A DNA stretch of 64,000 bases. It comes from Eledone cirrhosa. Its lineage: Eukaryota. The stretch covers positions 401,078,001-401,142,000 of the forward strand of contig OZ024741.1 in the NCBI GenBank assembly GCA_964016885.1, given 5' to 3'. Every line of letters starts with the position of its first letter. The first letter of the stretch is position 1. Below the pieces are notes generated by a model. That model was given only the letters and a program-made list of their open reading frames with translations, searched no databases and was not told where the DNA came from. Positions 11,761 to 26,600 of this stretch are shown here, piece by piece. Position numbers and translations under genes: made by a program.

Positions 11761-14700
11761 CTATTTTTAGCAATATTATAACAATATGACCCTACCCAAA
11801 CAGTGAGTGTGTTTTACTATTTTTGGCAATATTATAACCATATGACCCTCCCCAAACAGTGAGTGTGTTTTAGTATTTTTGGCAATATTATAACAATATA
11901 ACCCTCCCCAAACAGTGAGTGTGTTTTACTATCTTTGGCAATATTATAACAATATGACCCTGCCCAAACAGTGAGTGTGTTTTACTATTTTTGGCAATGT
12001 TATAACAATATGACCCCCCCAATCAGTGAGTGTGTTTAACTATTTTTTGCAATATAATAACAATATGACCCTCCACAAACAGTGAGTGTGTTTTAGTATT
12101 TTTGGCAATATTATAATAATATGACGCTACCCAAACAGTGAGTGTGTTTTACTATTTTTGGCAATATTATAACGATATGACCCTCCCAAAACAGTGAGTG
12201 TGTTTTACTATTTTTGGCAATATTATTACAATATGACTCTCCTTAAACAGTGAGTGTGTTTTACTATTTTTGGCAATATTATGACAATATGACCCTACAC
12301 AAACAGTGAGTGTGTTTGACTATTTTTGGCAATATTATAACAATATGACCCTCCCCAAACAGTGTGTGTGTTTTACTTGTTTTCGCAATATTATAATAAT
12401 ATGACTCTCCCCAAACAGTGAGTGTGTTTTAGTATTTTTAGCAATATTATAACAATATGACCCTCCCCAAATAGTGAGTGTGTTTTACTATTTTTAGTAA
12501 TATTATAATAAAATGACCTTACACAAACAGTGAGTGTGATTTACTATTTTTGGCAATATTATAAACATATGACCCTCCCCAAACAGAGAGTGTGTTTTAA
12601 TATTTTTGGCAATATTATAACAATATGTCCCAACACAAACAGTGAGTGTGTTTTACTATTTTTGGCAATATTATAACCATATGACCCTCCCCAAAAAGCG
12701 AGTTTGTTTAACTATTTTTGGCAATATTATAACAATATGAGCCTACCCAAACAGTGAGTGTGTTTTACTATTTTTGGTAATATTATAACAATATGTCCCT
12801 ACACAAACAGTGAGTGTGTTTAACTATTTGTGGCAATATTATAACAATATGACCCTCCCCAAACAGTCAGTGTGTTTTACTATTTTTGGCAATATTATAA
12901 CAATATGACCCTCCCCAGACAGTGAGTGTGTTTTAGTATTTTTGGCAATATTATAACAATATGACCCTACCCAGAGAGTGAGTGTGGTTTAGTATTTTTG
13001 GTAATATTATAACAATATAACCCTCCCCAAACAGTGAGTGTGTTTTACTATTTTTGGCAATATTATAACAGTAGGACCCTCCCCAAACAGTGAGTGTGTT
13101 TTACTATTTTTGGCAATATTATAACAATATGACCCTCCCTAAACAGTGAGTGTGTTTTAGTAATTTTGGCAATATTATAACAATATGACTCTCCCCAACC
13201 AGTGAGTGTGTTTTACTATTTTTGGCAATATTAGGGCAACATGACCCTCCCCAAACAGTGAGTGTGTTTTACTATTTTTGGCAATATTATTACAATATGA
13301 CCCTCCCCAAACAGTGAGTGTGTTTAACTATTTCTGGCAATATTATAACAATAGGACCCTCCCCAAACAGTGAGTGTGTTTTACTATTTTTGGCAATATT
13401 ATAACAATATGACCCTCCCAAAACAGTGAGTGTGCTTTACTATTTTTGGCAATATTATAACAATATGACTCTCCTTAAACAGTGAGTGTGTTTTACTATT
13501 TTTGGCAATATTAGGGCAACATGACCCTCCCCAAACAGTGAGTGTGTTTTACTATTTTTGGCAATATTATAACAATATGACCCTCCCCAAACAGTGAGTG
13601 TGTTTTACTATTTTTGGCAATATTATAACAATATGACCCTCCCCAAACAGTGAGTGTGTTTTATTATTTTTGGCAATATTATAACAATATGACCCTCCCC
13701 AAACGGTGAGCGTGTTTTACTATTTTTGGCAATATTATGACAATATGACCCTACACAAACAGTGAGTGTTTTTTACTATTTTTGGCAATATTATAACAAT
13801 ATGACTCTCCGCAACCAGTGAGTTTTTTTTTACTATTCTTGGCAATATTAGGGCAACATGACCCTCCCCAAACAGTGAGTGTGTTTTACTATTTTTGGCA
13901 ATGTTATAACAATATGACCCCCCGAATCAGTGAGTGTGTTTAACTATTTTTTGCAATATAATAACAATATGACTCTCCACAAACAGTGAGTGTGTTTTAG
14001 TATTTTTGCCAATATTATAATAATATGACGCTACCCAAACAGTGAGTGTGTTTTACTATTTTTGGCAATATTATAACAATATGACCCTCCCAAAACAGTA
14101 AGTGTGTTTTACTATTTTTGGCAATATTATAACAATATGACTCTCCTTAAACAGTGAGTGTGTTTTACTATTTTTGGCAATATTATGACAATATGACCCT
14201 ACACAAACAGTGAGTGTTTTTTACTATTTTTGGCAATATTATAACAATATAACACTCCCCAAACAGTGAGTGTGTTTTATTATTTTTGGCAATATTATAA
14301 CAATATGACCCTCCCCAAACGGTGAGCGTGTTTTACTATTTTTGGCAATATTATGACAATATGACCCTACACAAACAGTGAGTGTTTTTTACTATTTTTG
14401 GCAATATTAGGGCAACATGACCCTCCCCAAACAGTGAGTGTGTTTTACTATTTTTGGCAATATTATAACAATATGACCCTCCCCAAACAGTGAGTGTGTT
14501 TAACTATTTTTTGCAATATAATAACAATATGAACCTCCCCAAACAGTGAGTGTGTTTTAGTATTTTTGGCAATATTATAACAATATGACCCTCCCCAAAC
14601 AGTGAGTGTGTTTTACTATTTTTCACAATATTATAACAATATGACTCTCCCCAACCAGTGAGTGTGTTTTACTATTTTTGGCAATATTAGGGCAACATGA

Positions 14701-17700
14701 CCCTCCCCAAACAGTGAGTGTGTTTTACTATTTTTGGCAATATTATAACAATATGACCCTCCCCAAACAGTGAGTGTGTTTTAGTATTTTTTGCAATATT
14801 ATAACAATATGACCCTCCCGAAACAGTGAGTGTGCTTTACTATTTTTGGCAATATTATAACAATATGACTCTCCTTAAACAGTGAGTGTGTTTTACTATT
14901 TTTGGCAATATTAGGGCAACATGACCCTCCCCAAACAGTGAGTGTGTTTTACTATTTTTGGCAATATTATAACAATATGACCCTCCCAAAACAGTAAGTG
15001 TGTTTTACTATTTTTGGCAATATTATAACAATATGACTCTCCTTAAACAGTGAGTGTGTTTTACTATTTTTGGCAATATTATGACAATATGACCCTACAC
15101 AAACAGTGAGTGTTTTTTACTATTTTTGCAATATTATAACAATATAACACTCCCCAAACAGTGAGTGTGTTTTATTATTTTTGGCAATATTATAACAATA
15201 TGACCCTCCCCAAACGGTGAGCGTGTTTTACTATTTTTGGCAATATTATGACAATATGACCCTACACAAACAGTGAGTGTTTTTTACTATTTTTGGCAAT
15301 ATTATAACAATATGACTCTCCGCAACCAGTGAGTTTTTTTTTACTATTCTTGGCAATATTAGGGCAACATGACCCTCCCCAAACAGTGAGTGTGTTTTAC
15401 TATTTTTGGCAATGTTATAACAATATGACCCCCCCAATCAGTGAGTGTGTTTAACTATTTTTTGCAATATAATAACAATATGACCCTCCACAAACAGTGA
15501 GTGTGTTTTAGTATTTTTGGCAATATTATAATAACATGACGCTACCCAAACAGTGAGTGTGTTTTACTATTTTTGGCAATATTATAACAATATGACCCTC
15601 CCCAAACAGTGAGTTTGTTTTACTATTTTTGGCAATATTATAACAGTATGACCCTCCCCAAACAGTGAGTGTGTTTAACTATTTTTTGCAATATAATAAC
15701 AATATGACCCTCCCCAAACAGTGAGTGTGTTTTACTATTTTTAGCAATATTATAACAATATGAGCCTACCCAAACAGTGAGTGTGTTTTACTATTTTTGG
15801 CAATATTATAACCATATGACCCTCCCCAAACAGTGAGTGTGTTTTAGTATTTTTGGCAATATTATAACAATATAACCCTCCCCAAACAGTGAGTGTGTTT
15901 TACTATCTTTGGCAATATTATAACAATATGACCCTGCCCAAACAGTGAGTGTGTTTTACTATTTTTGGCAATGTTATAACAATATGACCCCCCCCAATCA
16001 GTGAGTGTGTTTAACTATTTTTTGCAATATAATAACAATATGACCCTACACAAACAGTGAGTGTGTTTTACTATTTTTGGCAATATTATAATAATATGAC
16101 GCTACCCAAACAGTGAGTGTGTTTTACTATTTTTGGCAATATTATAACGATATGACCCTCCCAAAACAGTGAGTGTGTTTTACTATTTTTGGCAATATTA
16201 TAACAATATGACTCTCCTTAAACAGTGAGTGTGTTTTACTATTTTTGGCAATATTATGACAATATGACCCTACACAAACAGTGAGTGTGTTTGACTATTT
16301 TTGGCAATATTATAACAATATGACCCTCCCCAAACAGTGTGTGTGTTTTACTTGTTTTCGCAATATTATAATAATATGACTCTCCCCAAACAGTGAGTGT
16401 GTTTTAGTATTTTTAGCAATATTATAACAATATGACCCTCCCCAAATAGTGAGTGTGTTTTACTATTTTTAGTAATATTATAATAAAATGACCTTACACA
16501 AACAGTGAGTGTGATTTACTATTTTTGGCAATATTATAAACATATGACCCTCCCCAAACAGAGAGTGTGTTTTAATATTTTTGGCAATATTATAACAATA
16601 TGTCCCAACACAAACAGTGAGTGTGTTTTACTATTTTTGGCAATATTATAACCATATGACCCTCCCCAAAAAGCGAGTTTGTTTAACTATTTTTGGCAAT
16701 ATTATAACAATATGAGCCTACCCAAACAGTGAGTGTGTTTTACTATTTTTGGTAATATTATAACAATATGTCCCTACACAAACAGTGAGTGTGTTTAACT
16801 ATTTGTGGCAATATTATAACAATATGACCCTCCCCAAACAGTCAGTGTGTTTTACTATTTTTGGCAATATTATAACAATATGACCCTCCCCAGACAGTGA
16901 GTGTGTTTTAGTATTTTTGGCAATATTATAACAATATGACCCTCCCCAGAGAGTGAGTGTGGTTTAGTATTTTTGGTAATATTATAACAATATAACCCTC
17001 CCCAAACAGTGAGTGTGTTTTACTATTTTTGGCAATATTATAACAGTAGGACCCTCCCCAAACAGTGAGTGTGTTTTACTATTTTTGGCAATATTATAAC
17101 AATATGACCCTCCCTAAACAGTGAGTGTGTTTTAGTAATTTTGGCAATATTATAACAATATGACTCTCCCCAACCAGTGAGTGTGTTTTACTATTTTTGG
17201 CAATATTAGGGCAACATGACCCTCCCCAAACAGTGAGTGTGTTTTACTATTTTTGGCAATATTATTACAATATGACCCTCCCCAAACAGTGAGTGTGTTT
17301 AACTATTTCTGGCAATATTATAACAATAGGACCCTCCCCAAACAGTGAGTGTGTTTTACTATTTTTGGCAATATTATAACAATATGACCCTCCCAAAACA
17401 GTGAGTGTGCTTTACTATTTTTGGCAATATTATAACAATATGACTCTCCTTAAACAGTGAGTGTGTTTTACTATTTTTGGCAATATTAGGGCAACATGAC
17501 CCTCCCCAAACAGTGAGTGTGTTTTACTATTTTTGGCAATATTATAACAATATGACCCTCCCCAAACAGTGAGTGTGTTTTACTATTTTTGGCAATATTA
17601 TAACAATATGACCCTCCCCAAACAGTGAGTGTGTTTTATTATTTTTGGCAATATTATAACAATATGACCCTCCCCAAACGGTGAGCGTGTTTTACTATTT

Positions 17701-20700
17701 TTGGCAATATTATGACAATATGACCCTACACAAACAGTGAGTGTTTTTTACTATTTTTGGCAATATTATAACAATATGACTCTCCGCAACCAGTGAGTTT
17801 TTTTTTACTATTCTTGGCAATATTAGGGCAACATGACCCTCCCCAAACAGTGAGTGTGTTTTACTATTTTTGGCAATGTTATAACAATATGACCCCCCGA
17901 ATCAGTGAGTGTGTTTAACTATTTTTTGCAATATAATAACAATATGACTCTCCACAAACAGTGAGTGTGTTTTAGTATTTTTGCCAATATTATAATAATA
18001 TGACGCTACCCAAACAGTGAGTGTGTTTTACTATTTTTGGCAATATTATAACAATATGACCCTCCCAAAACAGTAAGTGTGTTTTACTATTTTTGGCAAT
18101 ATTATAACAATATGACTCTCCTTAAACAGTGAGTGTGTTTTACTATTTTTGGCAATATTATGACAATATGACCCTACACAAACAGTGAGTGTTTTTTACT
18201 ATTTTTGGCAATATTATAACAATATAACACTCCCCAAACAGTGAGTGTGTTTTATTATTTTTGGCAATATTATAACAATATGACCCTCCCCAAACGGTGA
18301 GCGTGTTTTACTATTTTTGGCAATATTATGACAATATGACCCTACACAAACAGTGAGTGTTTTTTACTATTTTTGGCAATATTAGGGCAACATGACCCTC
18401 CCCAAACAGTGAGTGTGTTTTACTATTTTTGGCAATATTATAACAATATGACCCTCCCCAAACAGTGAGTGTGTTTAACTATTTTTTGCAATATAATAAC
18501 AATATGAACCTCCCCAAACAGTGAGTGTGTTTTAGTATTTTTGGCAATATTATAACAATATGACCCTCCCCAAACAGTGAGTGTGTTTTACTATTTTTCA
18601 CAATATTATAACAATATGACTCTCCCCAACCAGTGAGTGTGTTTTACTATTTTTGGCAATATTAGGGCAACATGACCCTCCCCAAACAGTGAGTGTGTTT
18701 TACTATTTTTGGCAATATTATAACAATATGACCCTCCCCAAACAGTGAGTGTGTTTTAGTATTTTTTGCAATATTATAACAATATGACCCTCCCGAAACA
18801 GTGAGTGTGCTTTACTATTTTTGGCAATATTATAACAATATGACTCTCCTTAAACAGTGAGTGTGTTTTACTATTTTTGGCAATATTAGGGCAACATGAC
18901 CCTCCCCAAACAGTGAGTGTGTTTTACTATTTTTGGCAATATTATAACAATATGACCCTCCCAAAACAGTAAGTGTGTTTTACTATTTTTGGCAATATTA
19001 TAACAATATGACTCTCCTTAAACAGTGAGTGTGTTTTACTATTTTTGGCAATATTATGACAATATGACCCTACACAAACAGTGAGTGTTTTTTACTATTT
19101 TTGCAATATTATAACAATATAACACTCCCCAAACAGTGAGTGTGTTTTATTATTTTTGGCAATATTATAACAATATGACCCTCCCCAAACGGTGAGCGTG
19201 TTTTACTATTTTTGGCAATATTATGACAATATGACCCTACACAAACAGTGAGTGTTTTTTACTATTTTTGGCAATATTATAGCAATATGACTCTCCGCAA
19301 CCAGTGAGTTTTTTTTTACTATTCTTGGCAATATTAGGGCAACATGACCCTCCCCAAACAGTGAGTGTGTTTTACTATTTTTGGCAATGTTATAACAATA
19401 TGACCCCCCCAATCAGTGAGTGTGTTTAACTATTTTTTGCAATATAATAACAATATGACCCTCCACAAACAGTGAGTGTGTTTTAGTATTTTTGGCAATA
19501 TTATAATAACATGACGCTACCCAAACAGTGAGTGTGTTTTACTATTTTTGGCAATATTATAACAATATGACCCTCCCCAAACAGTGAGTTTGTTTTACTA
19601 TTTTTGGCAATATTATAACAGTATGACCCTCCCCAAACAGTGAGTGTGTTTAACTATTTTTTGCAATATAATAACAATATGACCCTCCCCAAACAGTGAG
19701 TGTGTTTTACTATTTTTAGCAATATTATAACAATATGAGCCTACCCAAACAGTGAGTGTGTTTTACTATTTTTGGCAATATTATAACCATATGACCCTCC
19801 CCAAACAGTGAGTGTGTTTTAGTATTTTTGGCAATATTATAACAATATAACCCTCCCCAAACAGTGAGTGTGTTTTACTATCTTTGGCAATATTATAACA
19901 ATATGACCCTGCCCAAACAGTGAGTGTGTTTTACTATTTTTGGCAATGTTATAACAATATGACCCCCCCAATCAGTGAGTGTGTTTAACTATTTTTTGCA
20001 ATATAATAACAATATGACCCTACACAAACAGTGAGTGTGTTTTACTATTTTTGGCAATATTATAATAATATGACGCTACCCAAACAGTGAGTGTGTTTTA
20101 CTATTTTTGGCAATATTATAACGATATGACCCTCCCAAAACAGTGAGTGTGTTTTACTATTTTTGGCAATATTATAACAATATGACTCTCCTTAAACAGT
20201 GAGTGTGTTTTACTATTTTTGGCAATATTAGGGCAACATGACCCTCCCCAAACAGTGAGTGTGTTTTACTATTTTTGGCAATATTATAACAATATGACCC
20301 TCCCAAAACAGTAAGTGTGTTTTACTATTTTTGGCAATATTATAACAATATGACTCTCCTTAAACAGTGAGTGTGTTTTACTATTTTTGGCAATATTATG
20401 ACAATATGACCCTACACAAACAGTGAGTGTTTTTTACTATTTTTGCAATATTATAACAATATAACACTCCCCAAACAGTGAGTGTGTTTTATTATTTTTG
20501 GCAATATTATAACAATATGACCCTCCCCAAACGGTGAGCGTGTTTTACTATTTTTGGCAATATTATGACAATATGACCCTACACAAACAGTGAGTGTTTT
20601 TTACTATTTTTGGCAATATTATAGCAATATGACTCTCCGCAACCAGTGAGTTTTTTTTTACTATTCTTGGCAATATTAGGGCAACATGACCCTCCCCAAA

Positions 20701-23700
20701 CAGTGAGTGTGTTTTACTATTTTTGGCAATGTTATAACAATATGACCCCCCCAATCAGTGAGTGTGTTTAACTATTTTTTGCAATATAATAACAATATGA
20801 CCCTCCACAAACAGTGAGTGTGTTTTAGTATTTTTGGCAATATTATAATAACATGACGCTACCCAAACAGTGAGTGTGTTTTACTATTTTTGGCAATATT
20901 ATAACAATATGACCCTCCCCAAACAGTGAGTTTGTTTTACTATTTTTGGCAATATTATAACAGTATGACCCTCCCCAAACAGTGAGTGTGTTTAACTATT
21001 TTTTGCAATATAATAACAATATGACCCTCCCCAAACAGTGAGTGTGTTTTACTATTTTTAGCAATATTATAACAATATGAGCCTACCCAAACAGTGAGTG
21101 TGTTTTACTATTTTTGGCAATATTATAACCATATGACCCTCCCCAAACAGTGAGTGTGTTTTAGTATTTTTGGCAATATTATAACAATATAACCCTCCCC
21201 AAACAGTGAGTGTGTTTTACTATCTTTGGCAATATTATAACAATATGACCCTGCCCAAACAGTGAGTGTGTTTTACTATTTTTGGCAATGTTATAACAAT
21301 ATGACCCCCCCAATCAGTGAGTGTGTTTAACTATTTTTTGCAATATAATAACAATATGACCCTACACAAACAGTGAGTGTGTTTTACTATTTTTGGCAAT
21401 ATTATAATAATATGACGCTACCCAAACAGTGAGTGTGTTTTACTATTTTTGGCAATATTATAACGATATGACCCTCCCAAAACAGTGAGTGTGTTTTACT
21501 ATTTTTGGCAATATTATAACAATATGACTCTCCTTAAACAGTGAGTGTGTTTTACTATTTTTGGCAATATTATGACAATATGACCCTACACAAACAGTGA
21601 GTGTGTTTGACTATTTTTGGCAATATTATAACAATATGACCCTCCCCAAACAGTGTGTGTGTTTTACTTGTTTTCGCAATATTATAATAATATGACTCTC
21701 CCCAAACAGTGAGTGTGTTTTAGTATTTTTAGCAATATTATAACAATATGACCCTCCCCAAATAGTGAGTGTGTTTTACTATTTTTAGTAATATTATAAT
21801 AAAATGACCTTACACAAACAGTGAGTGTGATTTACTATTTTTGGCAATATTATAAACATATGACCCTCCCCAAACAGAGAGTGTGTTTTAATATTTTTGG
21901 CAATATTATAACAATATGTCCCAACACAAACAGTGAGTGTGTTTTACTATTTTTGGCAATATTATAACCATATGACCCTCCCCAAAAAGCGAGTTTGTTT
22001 TACTATTTTTGGCAATATTATAACAATATGAGCCTACCCAAACAGTGAGTGTGTTTTACTATTTTTGGTAATATTATAACAATATGTCCCTACACAAACA
22101 GTGAGTGTGTTTAACTATTTGTGGCAATATTATAACAATATGACCCTCCCCAAACAGTCAGTGTGTTTTACTATTTTTGGCAATATTATAACAATATGAC
22201 CCTCCCCAGACAGTGAGTGTGTTTTAGTATTTTTGACAATATTATAACAATATGACCCTCCCCAGAGAGTGAGTGTGTTTTAGTATTTTTGGTAATATTA
22301 TAACAATATAACCCTCCCCAAACAGTGAGTGTGTTTTACTATTTTTGGCAATATTATAACAGTAGGACCCTCCCCAAACAGTGAGTGTGTTTTACTATTT
22401 TTGGCAATATTAGGGCAACATGACCCTCCCCAAACAGTGAGTGTGTTTTACTATTTTTGGCAATATTATTACTATATGACCCTCCCCAAACAGTGAGTGT
22501 GTTTAACTATTTTTGGGAATATTATAACAATAGGACCCTCCCCAAACAGTGAGTGTGTTTTACTATTTTTGGCAATATTATAACAATATGACCCTCCCAA
22601 AACAGTGAGTGTGCTTTACTATTTTTGGCAATATTATAACAACATGACTCTCCTTAAACAGTGAGTGTGTTTTACTATTTTTGGCAATATTAGGGCAACA
22701 TGACCCTCCCCAAACAGTGAGTGTGTTTTACTATTTTTTGCAATATAATAACAATATGACTCTCCACAAACAGTGAGTGTGTTTTAGTATTTTTGCCAAT
22801 ATTATAATAATATGACGCTACCCAAACAGTGAGTGTGTTTTACTATTTTTGGCAATATTATAACAATATGACCCTCCCAAAACAGTAAGTGTGTTTTACT
22901 ATTTTTGGCAATATTATAACAATATGACTCTCCTTAAACAGTGAGTGTGTTTTACTATTTTTGGCAATATTATGACAATATGACCCTACACAAACAGTGA
23001 GTGTTTTTTACTATTTTTGGCAATATTATAACAATATAACACTCCCCAAACAGTGAGTGTGTTTTATTATTTTTGGCAATATTATAACAATATGACCCTC
23101 CCCAAACGGTGAGCGTGTTTTACTATTTTTGGCAATATTATGACAATATGACCCTACACAAACAGTGAGTGTTTTTTACTATTTTTGGCAATATTAGGGC
23201 AACATGACCCTCCCCAAACAGTGAGTGTGTTTTACTATTTTTGGCAATATTATAACAATATGACCCTCCCCAAACAGTGAGTGTGTTTAACTATTTTTTG
23301 CAATATAATAACAATATGAACCTCCCCAAACAGTGAGTGTGTTTTAGTATTTTTGGCAATATTATAACAATATGACCCTCCCCAAACAGTGAGTGTGTTT
23401 TACTATTTTTCACAATATTATAACAATATGACTCTCCCCAACCAGTGAGTGTGTTTTACTATTTTTGGCAATATTAGGGCAACATGACCCTCCCCAAACA
23501 GTGAGTGTGTTTTACTATTTTTGGCAATATTATAACAATATGACCCTCCCCAAACAGTGAGTGTGTTTTAGTATTTTTTGCAATATTATAACAATATGAC
23601 CCTCCCGAAACAGTGAGTGTGCTTTACTATTTTTGGCAATATTATAACAATATGACTCTCCTTAAACAGTGAGTGTGTTTTACTATTTTTGGCAATATTA

Positions 23701-26600
23701 GGGCAACATGACCCTCCCCAAACAGTGAGTGTGTTTTACTATTTTTGGCAATATTATAACAATATGACCCTCCCAAAACAGTAAGTGTGTTTTACTATTT
23801 TTGGCAATATTATAACAATATGACTCTCCTTAAACAGTGAGTGTGTTTTACTATTTTTGGCAATATTATGACAATATGACCCTACACAAACAGTGAGTGT
23901 TTTTTACTATTTTTGCAATATTATAACAATATAACACTCCCCAAACAGTGAGTGTGTTTTATTATTTTTGGCAATATTATAACAATATGACCCTCCCCAA
24001 ACGGTGAGCGTGTTTTACTATTTTTGGCAATATTATGACAATATGACCCTACACAAACAGTGAGTGTTTTTTACTATTTTTGGCAATATTATAACAATAT
24101 GACTCTCCGCAACCAGTGAGTTTTTTTTTACTATTCTTGGCAATATTAGGGCAACATGACCCTCCCCAAACAGTGAGTGTGTTTTACTATTTTTGGCAAT
24201 GTTATAACAATATGACCCCCCCAATCAGTGAGTGTGTTTAACTATTTTTTGCAATATAATAACAATATGACCCTCCACAAACAGTGAGTGTGTTTTAGTA
24301 TTTTTGGCAATATTATAATAACATGACGCTACCCAAACAGTGAGTGTGTTTTACTATTTTTGGCAATATTATAACAATATGACCCTCCCCAAACAGTGAG
24401 TTTGTTTTACTATTTTTGGCAATATTATAACAGTATGACCCTCCCCAAACAGTGAGTGTGTTTAACTATTTTTTGCAATATAATAACAATATGACCCTCC
24501 CCAAACAGTGAGTGTGTTTTACTATTTTTAGCAATATTATAACAATATGAGCCTACCCAAACAGTGAGTGTGTTTTACTATTTTTGGCAATATTATAACC
24601 ATATGACCCTCCCCAAACAGTGAGTGTGTTTTAGTATTTTTGGCAATATTATAACAATATAACCCTCCCCAAACAGTGAGTGTGTTTTACTATTTTTGGC
24701 AATATTATAACAATATGACTCTCCTTAAACAGTGAGTGTGTTTTACTATTTTTGGCAATATTATGACAATATGACCCTACACAAACAGTGAGTGTGTTTT
24801 ACTATTTTTGGCAATATTATAACGATATGACCCTCCCAAAACAGTGAGTGTGTTTTACTATTTTTGGCAATATTATAACAATATGACTCTCCTTAAACAG
24901 TGAGTGTGTTTTACTATTTTTGGCAATATTATGACAATATGACCCTACACAAACAGTGAGTGTGTTTGACTATTTTTGGCAATATAATAACAATATGACC
25001 CTCCCCAAACAGTGTGTGTGTTTTACTTGTTTTCGCAATATTATAATAATATGACTCTCCCCAAACAGTGAGTGTGTTTTAGTATTTTTAGCAATATTAT
25101 AACAATATGACCCTCCCCAAATAGTGAGTGTGTTTTACTATTTTTAGTAATATTATAATAAAATGACCTTACACAAACAGTGAGTGTGATTTACTATTTT
25201 TGGCAATATTATAAACATATGACCCTCCCCAAACAGAGAGTGTGTTTTAATATTTTTGGCAATATTATAACAATATGTCCCAACACAAACAGTGAGTGTG
25301 TTTTACTATTTTTGGCAATATTATAACCATATGACCCTCCCCAAAAAGCGAGTTTGTTTTACTATTTTTGGCAATATTATAACAATATGAGCCTACCCAA
25401 ACAGTGAGTGTGTTTTACTATTTTTGGTAATATTATAACAATATGTCCCTACACAAACAGTGAGTGTGTTTAACTATTTGTGGCAATATTATAACAATAT
25501 GACCCTCCCCAAACAGTCAGTGTGTTTTACTATTTTTGGCAATATTATAACAATATGACCCTCCCCAGACAGTGAGTGTGTTTTAGTATTTTTGACAATA
25601 TTATAACAATATGACCCTCCCCAGAGAGTGAGTGTGTTTTAGTATTTTTGGTAATATTATAACAATATAACCCTCCCCAAACAGTGAGTGTGTTTTACTA
25701 TTTTTGGCAATATTATAACAGTAGGACCCTCCCCAAACAGTGAGTGTGTTTTACTATTTTTGGCAATATTAGGGCAACATGACCCTCCCCAAACAGTGAG
25801 TGTGTTTTACTATTTTTGGCAATATTATTACAATATGACCCTCCCCAAACAGTGAGTGTGTTTAACTATTTTTGGGAATATTATAACAATAGGACCCTCC
25901 CCAAACAGTGAGTGTGTTTTACTATTTTTGGCAATATTATAACAATATGACCCTCCCAAAACAGTGAGTGTGCTTTACTATTTTTGGCAATATTATAACA
26001 ACATGACTCTCCTTAAACAGTGAGTGTGTTTTACTATTTTTGGCAATATTAGGGCAACATGACCCTCCCCAAACAGTGAGTGTGTTTTACTATTTTTGGC
26101 AATATTATAACAATATGACCCTCCCCAAACAGTGAGTGTGTTTTACTATTTTTGGCAATATTATAACAATATGACCCTCCCCAAACAGTGAGTGTGTTTT
26201 ATTATTTTTGGCAATATTATAACAATATGACCCTCCCCAAACGGTGAGCGTGTTTTACTATTTTTGGCAATATTATGACAATATGACCCTACACAAACAG
26301 TGAGTGTTTTTTAGTATTTTTGGCAATATTATAACAATATGACTCTCCGCAACCAGTGAGTTTTTTTTTACTATTCTTGGCAATATTAGGGCAACATGAC
26401 CCTCCCCAAACAGTGAGTGTGTTTTACTATTTTTGGCAATGTTATAACAATATGACCCCCCGAATCAGTGAGTGTGTTTAACTATTTTTTGCAATATAAT
26501 AACAATATGACTCTCCACAAACAGTGAGTGTGTTTTAGTATTTTTGCCAATATTATAATAATATGACGCTACCCAAACAGTGAGTGTGTTTTACTATTTT
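11700..26600 (+). repeat. Higher-order repeat of about 71 monomers (3975 bp), about four copies with internal duplication and deletions
   Basis: Private marker AAAAAGCGAG at about 12696, 16671, 21987 and 25346 (spacings 3975, 5316, 3359). CCCGAATCAG at 13921, 17896 and 26459. CCAGAGAGTG, GTCCCAACAC and GAACCTCCCC are confined to this domain. Confidence 0.9.
18811..21570 (+). repeat. Very recent 24-monomer tandem duplication (offset 1342 bp) nested inside the 71-mer HOR
   Basis: Private variant ATAGCAATATGACTCTCCGC at 19281 and 20623. The ORF track shows the identical variant peptide at 19221 and 20563 (offset 1342 = 24x56 - 2). Confidence 0.92.
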
